DNA from: Tissierellales bacterium
GTDB taxonomy: Bacteria > Bacillota > Clostridia > Tissierellales > DATGTQ01
Reading direction: 5' to 3'
NCBI GenBank assembly: GCA_035301805.1
Contig: DATGTQ010000152.1
Coordinates: 1 to 46,953, forward strand
Length of the DNA stretch: 46,953 nucleotides
The position numbers and the translations under genes were made by a program. Shown piece after piece: positions 39,911 through 46,953 of this stretch (position 1 is its first letter; the number at the start of each line of letters is the position of its first letter). The notes beneath the pieces are model-generated. The model was not told the DNA's origin. It was given only the letters and a program-made list of their open reading frames with translations, and did not search any database.

Positions 39911-40475
39911 TTTAACAGTTCCAATTAATAAAAGAGCCTGGAATAAAATAATAGACAGAACTTCTACTGATAAGAGTTTCAATAAATTTGGGCATATAGG
40001 TACTCACTTCGATTTAATGGACAAAAAGTTTAATCTAGAAAATTTCATAAGACCTGGAAAAATATTTGATGTAAGTAGTATTAAAAATAGAGATATTGAA
40101 ACAAGTGATATCAATACAAAAGAAATATTGGAAAAGGATTTTGTTATATTTTATACAGAGCATTTAAAAGAGAACTCCTATGGGACAGATAATTATTTCC
40201 AAACTTATCCCAACTTATCAAAAAAACTAGTGAAATTTTTAATCAAGAAAAAAGTCAGCTTAATTGGCATAGATACACCGGGAATAAGGCAGGCAAAAGA
40301 ACATCGTGAAATTGACCAGTATTGTGCGGATAATAATGTCTTTATTGTAGAGAACCTAAATAACTTGGATTTATTATTAAAAGAAACAAAAGATAGAGAA
40401 TTTTTACTATACACCTTCCCTATAAATCTAGAAGATGTATCTGGACTACCATGTAGAGTAATAGCTGAGATTTAA
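39900..40475 (+). CDS. cyclase family protein (putative arylformamidase-like, PF04199-type)
   Basis: FGHIGTHFDLMDK matches the HxGTHxDxP cyclase-family motif. 191 aa. It overlaps marR by 11 nt and has RBS AAGGAGG. Confidence 0.65.
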   Translation: MKIDLTVPINKRAWNKIIDRTSTDKSFNKFGHIGTHFDLMDKKFNLENFIRPGKIFDVSSIKNRDIETSDINTKEILEKDFVIFYTEHLKENSYGTDNYFQTYPNLSKKLVKFLIKKKVSLIGIDTPGIRQAKEHREIDQYCADNNVFIVENLNNLDLLLKETKDREFLLYTFPINLEDVSGLPCRVIAEI

Positions 40476-40587
40476 GAAGTAATAATATACTTTTCCTATA
40501 TGATCAAATATTTTAAAAAATACCACTAACTTTTAAATAGAAAGTTAATGATAAAAAGTTTGTCATTTAAGATTTTTAAATGATTTT

Positions 40588-40626
40588 AATCACCTTGCAT
40601 GGCGGTGCAAGGTGATTATCTTTTTC
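40588..40626 (+). terminator. intrinsic terminator of the MarR-cyclase operon
   Basis: AATCACCTTGCA-n6-TGCAAGGTGATT followed by atcTTTTT. Confidence 0.8.
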
Positions 40627-40733
40627 CCTTAATTAACATTAGAATTAAAAGGATTTATATAATAGATATAGAAGTATAGTAAATAACAGTGATTTATATT
40701 AAGTTTAACACTATATTTAAGGAGGTCTTTTTT

Positions 40734-41240
40734 ATGTTTAAAGAAGTTAATTTTAACGATTATTCTAAGGAAGCCCTTGACCAAATAAATAAGGGAGCTT
40801 TTCTCACTGTAAAAAGTAATGATGAAATAAACACTATGACTATAGGTTGGGGAAATATTGGCATCATATGGAGTATGCCTATATTTACAGTAGCTGTTAG
40901 ATATTCCAGACATACCTATGACCTATTGGAAAATACTGATGAATTTACGGTAAGCATTCCCATTGAAGCAGATATGAGAAAAGAATTAACTTATTGTGGA
41001 ACTAAATCTGGAAAAAATGTGAACAAAATTAAGGAATGCAGTATAAATTTAAAAGATGGGATAAATGTAAATACACCTATAATTGAAGACTGCGAATTAT
41101 ATTATGAATGTAAAATAGTTTATAAGCAAGCTATGGAACCTGGAACTTTAGATAATAATATTAAAGAGGAATATTATTTTAATAATGATTATCACGTTTT
41201 ATACTATGGAAAAATAGTTAATTGCTATGTACAAGGATAA
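40734..41240 (+). CDS. flavin reductase-like (FMN-binding split-barrel) protein
   Basis: ORF from 40689. The ATG at 40734 lies 7 nt after AAGGAGG. LTVKSNDEINTMTIGWGNIGIIWSMPIFTVAVRYSRHTYDLLENTDEFTVSIP is the Flavin_Reduct-domain pattern. Confidence 0.75.
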   Translation: MFKEVNFNDYSKEALDQINKGAFLTVKSNDEINTMTIGWGNIGIIWSMPIFTVAVRYSRHTYDLLENTDEFTVSIPIEADMRKELTYCGTKSGKNVNKIKECSINLKDGINVNTPIIEDCELYYECKIVYKQAMEPGTLDNNIKEEYYFNNDYHVLYYGKIVNCYVQG

Positions 41241-41245
41241 TATAT

Positions 41246-41583
41246 GTGAACTACCACCACTTATAGAAGTGGTGGCTTCATGCTTCCTAAAACATAGCCT
41301 AACACTAGGTCTTATGCGTTCTCCACAGGCTTGACTTTGGGCAGTACCTGCCCTAGATTCCGACATTATCGGTTTCTTTTGTACCTTGGATATTTTACAC
41401 ATAGATGGGATAAGTCCATAGCTTGGTTATCGCATTTTTAGGACATTTATAATTTCTCTATGTAACCCTATATACCCAATTATCAAAGAACTTTCATGGT
41501 ATTGTTTTGTCATGTTTGCAAGATGCTGGCAATTCATCTCCCACTTATAGAAGATGTAAGAATTCTTGCAAGTCTAGGTTAAA
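41246..41583. repeat. 338-bp unclassified structured non-coding element bounded by 13-bp direct repeats (long form of the 10415-10468 repeat)
   Basis: It starts GTGAACTACC and ends GTCTAGGTTAAA. CCACTTATAGAAG occurs at 41257-41269 and 41541-41553. Hairpins: CCACCAC/GTGGTGG (41254-41275), GGGCAG/CTGCCC (41339-41353) and TTGCAAG/CTTGCAA (41516-41571). It is GC-enriched, and only shadow ORFs are present. Confidence 0.7.
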
Positions 41584-41630
41584 TAATTCCTTCCCAATAT
41601 CCACCATCCAAATATCTAAAAAATTAATGC

Positions 41631-42278
41631 CTAACCCTTTTTTTCTATATGCAGGGACCCATCCTCTTGTATTTCTGCATAGAATACATCTCCAACGGAA
41701 TATATTCCTTGTGCTTTCAATTTTTCATAAAGCCAGGTCTCATCTAATCCTAATTCTTCTAAATTTCTTTTTATTAGATTTCCATCAGTTATAATTTCAG
41801 TTGGTACATATAGACGAGTCTTTTCTCTTTCTTGCTTCTTTAAAACACTTAGTTTCCCATTAGGTTCTAAAATAGCATAATCAACTTCCTTAATAGAAAA
41901 CATATCTTTATCTCTAAGTAACATAGTTAAATCATCTAAATTTAATCCAGTTTCTTTTAAAGCTTTTTTTAAAATTATACCATTCTTTATAACTATCGTT
42001 GGTTCACCTGCCAATATTGTTTGTGCTTTAGGTAATTTAAGTGTTAATAAACTTACTAAAAATGTTAATATCGTCCACCAAATTAAATTAATCATATCAT
42101 TTAAATAATGATTGCCTTTATTAAGAACAGTATTAGCTACAAGGGATCCTATAGTAATACCGGTAATATAGTTAAAAAAGGTCAATTGGCTTAATTACTT
42201 CTTCCCAAGAGTTCTAGTAAGTATTAATAAGACAAAAAATGTTAATGTTGTTTTTGATATGGTCTCAAAAAAATCCAT
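41631..42278 (-). pseudogene. DUF421 (YetF-like) membrane protein with an in-frame TAA
   Basis: The ATG at 42278 (RBS GGAGGG) gives MDFFETISKTTLTFFVLLILTRTLGKK-TAA-LSQLTFFNYITGITIGS.... The family has Q (CAA) at this position (..GKrqlsqlt.fD). Downstream is ORF 41631..42185. Confidence 0.75.
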
Positions 42279-42362
42279 AACTTAATAAATCCCTCCATAG
42301 TATTAGATATAATATTCCATAATATATAAGTATATATTCTAGCTACTATGGAGTATTTTCTA

Positions 42363-42858
42363 TTAATCAACCTTTGTAAAACCACCTTGATTTAAAGTTC
42401 TCATATTTGCTACATCAAGAAATTTTCCCTCTTCATAATAAAAACTAAAATATGATGTCATTTTTGCACCTGAATTCAGGACATCTCCTCCATCTACAAT
42501 GCACTCTTCATTACATAAAATTAAGTAGTAGCAATTATCTTCGTTCATTATTTCATTCCTATTAAACAGTTCATAAATTTTTTCTTCTGTTATATCATAC
42601 TATGGAAAATCTTGTGCAACCTTTCGATAGCAGCCCGCCCATTATATACTTCATAAGTTCCAGAATAATAATTATTTGTCTTATCATCGGGAACTTGATG
42701 CCATTTAAAAGTTCCATCATCTTCTCATTCTAAAAGGGAACCATCCCCTGCTATCCAGCCTTCTCCAAAAATATCATCCTTATTTTTTCTTTCTTACATC
42801 CAACTAATATAACTAATAATAAAATACTACACAGAACTAAAGTTAACTTTCTTTTCAT
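42363..42858 (-). pseudogene. lipoprotein gene with multiple frameshifts and stops
   Basis: The ATG at 42858 gives MKRKLTLVLCSILLLVILVGC (lipobox). Colinear pieces follow in other frames (KNKDDIFGEGWIAGDGSLLE*EDDGTFKWHQVPDDKTNNYYSGTYEVYNG...) and end in ORF 42363..42548. Confidence 0.65.
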
Positions 42859-42891
42859 AACGTCCCCCATTTTTTTATAAATTCTTATTAT

Positions 42892-43434
42892 CTAACCTTT
42901 TATATACTCATCCCTTAGAATTGAATAACAATATTCATCATAGACTTTGCCATTATATATTTTACTTGAATATCTTAAAGTTCCTTCAAATTTAAACCCA
43001 CATTTTTCTATAACTCGCTTAGAACGCTTATTAAAAGGATAATGATAACAGGAAACTAATTCTACTTTTTCATCATTAAACAAATACTCTAAAACCTTAT
43101 TTACTGCTTCTGGAACTAAACCTTGTCCCCAATAATCTTGACAAAGAACATATCCTATCATTTTTGCATTAATATCCCTACGTTTATCATCCTCATGAGC
43201 ACCAATTGAACCAATTGCCTTTCCAGTTTCCTTATCCACTATTGCCCAAACCTCATCACCTTCAATAAAGTTTTCCAATATAGCCAAGCTTTCCTCTTTA
43301 GACTCATGAGGCTTCCATCCAGCATTAGGCCCTACGTCTGGATCCTTTGCATATTCAAAAAAATCATCAATATCTTCTAGTCCCCATGCCCTTAAAATTA
43401 ATCTTTCTGTTTCTAATACTTTCAAACTAATCAT
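42892..43434 (-). CDS. GNAT family N-acetyltransferase (RimJ/RimL-like)
   Basis: 180 aa; LETERLILRAW N-terminus, WGQGLVPEAVNKVLEYLF and NKRSKRVIEKCGFKFEG. Confidence 0.88.
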   Translation of the reverse strand: MISLKVLETERLILRAWGLEDIDDFFEYAKDPDVGPNAGWKPHESKEESLAILENFIEGDEVWAIVDKETGKAIGSIGAHEDDKRRDINAKMIGYVLCQDYWGQGLVPEAVNKVLEYLFNDEKVELVSCYHYPFNKRSKRVIEKCGFKFEGTLRYSSKIYNGKVYDEYCYSILRDEYIKG

Positions 43435-43470
43435 CCCTTCTCATAATAGTGTTACTCTTCTGATAAACCA

Positions 43471-43959
43471 TTAAAATCTTAGGAAGTATTCACCCATCCT
43501 AAATAAAACAGGTAATATAATTAGAGATATTAAACCAACAATAATAGTAGCTATAACTAACCCTAAGTAACTAATAATTTCCTTATTAATTGAATATATG
43601 ATAATCAAGCTACCTATTGGCATTAATAAAAGTATTCCAGTTATTAAACCTGGACAATATTTCTTAAATTGGATTGTTAGTGCCAAGTGAGGAAAAATAA
43701 CATTAAACATCATTACTCCAATAAAACCAAAATATAAATATTTAAAGACTGAAACTTCTGGTAAAAATACAAAACAAAGAGTAATTAAGTAAGCGAAAGA
43801 TAATGTTACAATAGTTGTAAAAATAGATCCATCTTTATTCATAGGCTTACTACTTTTTTTAAAAGAATTTGCCCACTCTGTTAACCATAATGATTCCTCT
43901 ATATTATGTAACGTAAGTATTAGTGGAAATAGTAAAAATAAGTTCAATAATTCAAACAT
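43471..43959 (-). CDS. HXXEE domain-containing membrane protein
   Basis: LHNIEESLW motif near the N-terminus and about five TM helices; 162 aa. Confidence 0.7.
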   Translation of the reverse strand: MFELLNLFLLFPLILTLHNIEESLWLTEWANSFKKSSKPMNKDGSIFTTIVTLSFAYLITLCFVFLPEVSVFKYLYFGFIGVMMFNVIFPHLALTIQFKKYCPGLITGILLLMPIGSLIIIYSINKEIISYLGLVIATIIVGLISLIILPVLFRMGEYFLRF

Positions 43960-44111
43960 ATTAATCTCCTCTCCTAAATATTCCCCTACATCTTCTTCAC
44001 CTTAATGTCTATTAATAAAAACATTACATATAAATACACTTTAAAACATCATGGTATGTATATTCAACAAATAACTTCATTTTCCTTTATTATTATACAA
44101 ATTAATATATA

Positions 44112-44146
44112 AAAAGACTACCTCTTGAATTTATTCCAAGAGGTAA
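44112..44146 (-). terminator. intrinsic terminator downstream of the ogt remnant
   Basis: CCTCTTG-n9-CAAGAGG. The minus strand follows with TAGTCTTTTTA. Confidence 0.6.
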
Positions 44147-44232
44147 TCTTCATACTTGGCTTCATCAATAACTTTTCTATCTTGCTAATTCGTTATAGAA
44201 TGCTATTATACTATAAATTTTGTTCTTTCTAT

Positions 44233-44726
44233 CTAAACTTTAGCTCCCTCTAGTTGAAGCAAAAATTTTTTAACAGATATTCTATTACCAACAAATCCTA
44301 CTAAACTACTATTTTTGCCTACGCCCTATGGCAAGGATAACTATAGGCAATTGATTAGCTCTACTGGCTTCTCCTACTGCTCTTACAGCTTTAAGATTTC
44401 CTATAGTTTCTGCAACTTGTGAATAATTTCTAACCTCTTCAGAGGATATTTGTCTTAAAGCCCTCCAAACTTTTTTCTAAATTCCGTTCCCCCTATAGAC
44501 AAAGGTAGCTGAAATTCTTTTCCCTTTTTATTAAAATATTCATCTAATTGTACTATTACATCTTTACAAACTTCTTTATTTAATTTAATATCTTTATTTT
44601 CTTGTATATATTTTCCCAATCCTCTTCAAAAAGAATTATCTTTTTAATCCCTATTTCATCTACTACTACATGGATAAGTCCTATAGCTGAATTATAATTA
44701 TCGTATCTAACTCCTATAAAAATCAT
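44233..44726 (-). pseudogene. ogt: O6-methylguanine-DNA methyltransferase, multiply frameshifted
   Basis: The pieces read LSIGGTEF.KKV(W)..L.QISSEEVRNYSQVAETIGNLKAVRAVGEASRANQLPIV..P-C-H-R..GKNSSLVGFVGNRISVKKFLLQLEGAKV*. The PCHR active-site codons are split by indels (atccttgccatagggcgtaggc). Confidence 0.7.
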
Positions 44727-44897
44727 CCTTCCTTTTCTATTGCATACTTAAACTATATTCCATAAATATTATTAAAATCCTTAAAAAAATCTTTACAATC
44801 TTACAATTATGTTAAAATATAAAATATTTATTGAATTTTACTAATAATATATATATATGATGATAAATGTACTTAAATATTATAAGGGGCTGTAGTT

Positions 44898-45516
44898 ATG
44901 GTTATGATAATAAGTTTACAAGCTAAACAAAACTTTATAAATTCAGTTGAAATAACACGGCCTATGTTTAATTTTTTATTGCCATTACCGGTAAAGTAGA
45001 AACTGGGATAGCCTCTGATATAAAAAATTACTGGAACTCTTAATGAAGATATTCAAATAGAAGATTCTGTAGATGTAATAAATAAATATGGAGATCTCTT
45101 CAACTCTAGAAGAAATACATGGCCTGAAATAAAAAGTGAAATAGAATTTAAAAATGTATCTTTTGCTTATAAAAATGGAGAGACAGTTTTAGAAAATTTT
45201 TACCTTTATGTAAGTTCTGGAGAAACTATTGCTCTAATTGGTGAAACAGATTCTGGAAAAGGCACTATAGTGAATTTACTTTGTAGGTTTTATGAGCATA
45301 CGAAGGGAGATTCTTTATAGATAATTTTAATTATAAAAATATACCTCGAGTTGGATTCATGAAAATTTAGAATATGTTCTTCAATCTCCTCATCTTTTTA
45401 GTGGCACTATTAAAGATAATATTCAATATGGAAATTTGGATGCTAGTGAATTAGATGTAGTTAGAGCAAGTAAACTTGTAAATGCCCATGACTTTATTGT
45501 AAAACTTCATATTTGA
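44898..45516 (+). pseudogene. ABC exporter (MsbA/ABCB-type) ATP-binding domain remnant
   Basis: IEFKNVSFAYKNGETVLENFYLYVSSGETIALIGETDSGKGTIVNLLCRFYE with a degenerate Walker A. A frame break and stops follow, then LQSPHLFSGTIKDNIQYGNLDASELDVVRASKLVNAHDFIVKL. The TMD, signature and Walker B are missing. Confidence 0.65.
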
Positions 45517-45525
45517 ATATTAAAC

Positions 45526-45576
45526 AAAAAAGTCTTATTAAACCCTATTATATTGCTAGGCTTAATAAGATTTTTA
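45526..45576. terminator. bidirectional hairpin terminator
   Basis: TCTTATTAA...CCTA..TAGG...TTAATAAGA flanked by A6 on one side and T5 on the other. Confidence 0.6.
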
Positions 45577-45590
45577 TAAATATCCCCTAT

Positions 45591-46001
45591 TTAACGTATA
45601 GCTTTTAATTTAGCTATATCATAAGCATTTTTAGTTGTTAGCACCTCCATTGTACTTAAATCACTCCTAAGTTCTACTAATTCATCATGTACAGACTGAA
45701 TTTCTGTATGGAGTTCATCCGCTAATATATTTATATCATCCTTAGTTGCAAGATTCTTTAAGTCATCCTTAGTTGCAAAGTCCTTTAAGTCTTCCTTAGT
45801 TGCAAAGTCCTTCAAGTCTTCCTTAGTTGCAAAGTCCTTTAAGTCTTCCTTAGTTGCAAAGTCCTTTAAGTCTTCCTTAGTTGCAAAGTCCTTCAAATCT
45901 TCCTTAGTTGCCATAGTTTCTTTTATGTCTTTCATCTCTGTCTGCATACTTTGAACCTCTAAATATAGTTTCTCTAATAAACCGTACATCTTTTCAGACA
46001 C
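45591..46001 (-). CDS. small coiled-coil protein built around nonapeptide repeats (ATKEDLKDF x5 plus two degenerate)
   Basis: 136 aa. GTG start 6 nt after GGAGGTGAG. Heptad-like flanks (LYLEVQSMQTEMKDIKE ... LHTEIQSVHDELVELRSDL). Confidence 0.75.
   Translation of the reverse strand: MSEKMYGLLEKLYLEVQSMQTEMKDIKETMATKEDLKDFATKEDLKDFATKEDLKDFATKEDLKDFATKEDLKDFATKDDLKNLATKDDINILADELHTEIQSVHDELVELRSDLSTMEVLTTKNAYDIAKLKAIR
45738..45912. repeat. 27-bp tandem repeat, ~6.5 copies (coding)
   Basis: Copies start at 45738, 45765, 45792, 45819, 45846, 45873 and 45900 (TCCTTAGTTGCAAAGTCCTTyAArTCt). The five perfect-peptide copies differ only at synonymous sites. Confidence 0.95.
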
Positions 46002-46077
46002 CTAGGACTCACCTCCGATATGTTACTATTTAGATTATATCATTTATTTATTACTTGAATCAATAAATAATTTCTTT

Positions 46078-46953
46078 TTATATATTACTATGAACAATAT
46101 TTCCATCTATAATTACTGTCTTAGGTGATGTATAATAATCTAGTGGTTCTCCATCCCAAATTACTATATCTGCGTCTTTGCCTACTTCTATACTTCCTAT
46201 TCTATCCCCAATGCCTACCATATTAGCTGCATTAATAGTCATAGCCTCCAGGCCTTTCTTTCTAGATAATCCTTTTTTATGCATCATTATAGTTTGCACC
46301 ATAGCCATACTTATATCTACTGTAGGATGCCCTGTAGAAATACAAAAATCCAAACCATTCTCCTCCATTATTGATGCTATTATTGTATCTCTATTTCTTA
46401 TTTCATGTTCTCTTTTCCCACCATAAGCAGGACCTACAACAAACTTCGTATTAAACTCTTGTAATTCCTCTGCTATTAAATAGGCTTCACTGCATTTATC
46501 TATTGTATAATTTAAATTAAATTCTTCACCTAATCTTATAGCTGTAACTATATCATAGGCTTGATGAGCTGTGAACTTCACTAGCATTCCATCATATATT
46601 CTCATTAAAGAATGTAGCTTTATATCAAATTTCGGATGGTTCCCCAACTTATATTGCCTATGATATTCTTTAGCTTTAATAAAAGCTTCCCTAATCATAG
46701 CCGCTGAAGCCATTCTAGTTTTAGGCATCATATCTTTATTCCCATAGGTTTTTTTTGGCGAATTTCCTAAAGTTACTTTTAAACCTATTTCATCTTCTAT
46801 TGCCATTTCTTCAATAGTCTTACCATAAGTTTTAAAAGCTGCAAAGGTACCTCCAATTAAATTAGAATTCCCAGGACCTGATACTACTGTAGTCACTCCT
46901 GATTCCCTTGCCACCTTAATTCCTTCATCAGTAGGATTTATTGCATCTATTGC
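46078..46953 (-). CDS. amidohydrolase family protein (5' end beyond window)
   Basis: The frame is open to the window edge (...AIDAINPTDEGIKVARESGVTTVV...). The C-terminal GSIEVGKDADIVIWDG is the amidohydrolase signature. Confidence 0.8.
   Translation of the reverse strand, partial: AIDAINPTDEGIKVARESGVTTVVSGPGNSNLIGGTFAAFKTYGKTIEEMAIEDEIGLKVTLGNSPKKTYGNKDMMPKTRMASAAMIREAFIKAKEYHRQYKLGNHPKFDIKLHSLMRIYDGMLVKFTAHQAYDIVTAIRLGEEFNLNYTIDKCSEAYLIAEELQEFNTKFVVGPAYGGKREHEIRNRDTIIASIMEENGLDFCISTGHPTVDISMAMVQTIMMHKKGLSRKKGLEAMTINAANMVGIGDRIGSIEVGKDADIVIWDGEPLDYYTSPKTVIIDGNIVHSNI

Noticed and set aside
40629-40913. A minus-strand 94-aa ORF overlapping the flavin-reductase start. Also ORFs 41199..41402 (-), 41507..41794 (+) and 26519..26704 (+).
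   Set aside because: None has an RBS or a motif. 41199..41402 and 41507..41794 are open only because the underlying repeat element is GC-richer, so stops are fewer. The others are AT-rich chance frames.
41246-41583. The structured element as a group II intron fragment (it starts with GTGAAC, close to GUGYG), a tmRNA, SRP RNA or 6S RNA gene, or a riboswitch.
   Set aside because: No domain V-like sequence or reverse transcriptase/maturase ORF is present. None of the conserved SRP, tmRNA or RNase P motifs I know are there. It lies downstream of both flanking genes (convergent), so it cannot be a 5' leader. It is left as unclassified rather than named.
22435-44000. Integron-like gene-cassette array: many small same-strand ORFs, GNAT-rich as in Vibrio superintegrons.
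   Set aside because: I could not find attC-type sites (RYYYAAC ... GTTRRRY imperfect palindromes) after the ORFs. There is no intI-like integrase or attI/Pc in the window. Most genes have their own promoters and terminators. The only junction motif found (TCGCAMTTTTAAACT) is reported separately and does not resemble attC.
45738-45912. Regularly spaced 27-bp repeats as a possible CRISPR array.
   Set aside because: The repeats are directly tandem with no spacers. They lie in frame inside a well-formed ORF and encode a conserved nonapeptide.

Overview
Low-GC (roughly 28-30% by eye) Firmicutes chromosome segment, Clostridia/Tissierellia-like. No species call is possible without a search. It has two very different halves.

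(1) 1-22.4 kb is a conserved, fully intact housekeeping block, almost all on the minus strand:
- gltX, a DUF1002/YpuA-like protein and proS (with a T-box leader)
- natAB-like ABC exporter, ispF, ispD, PIN/TRAM yacL and carD
- a small plus-strand MazG-like gene
- the class III heat-shock/DNA-integrity operon ctsR-mcsA-mcsB-clpC-radA-disA, with a recognisable CtsR operator
- an EF-G paralog, then hisC and an amidohydrolase-type guanine deaminase on the plus strand

(2) 22.4-45.6 kb is an accessory 'junkyard':
- remnants of a type I R-M system (hsdM/hsdS/hsdR fragments) with cargo genes between them
- transposase and Rpn/YhgA remnants
- a frame-broken ECF sigma/anti-sigma operon
- seven GNAT acetyltransferase domains, two of them in unusual fusions (PLP-fold-II+GNAT and GNAT+SAM-methyltransferase)
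- a MarR-cyclase operon with a textbook promoter and palindromic operator
- an AlkA-type glycosylase operon and a decayed ogt
- nonsense-interrupted rocB-like and DUF421 genes, and a decayed ABC ATPase
- a small protein built from 27-bp coding tandem repeats

I found no rRNA, tRNA, CRISPR array or intact mobile element.

The most unexplained signal is a ~338-bp GC-enriched, hairpin-rich non-coding element (41246-41583). It is bounded by 13-bp direct repeats, and a 54-bp 'collapsed' version sits at 10415-10468. I could not assign it to any RNA or IS family.

All functional calls come from reading the ORF translations against family motifs I recognise. No database search was run.
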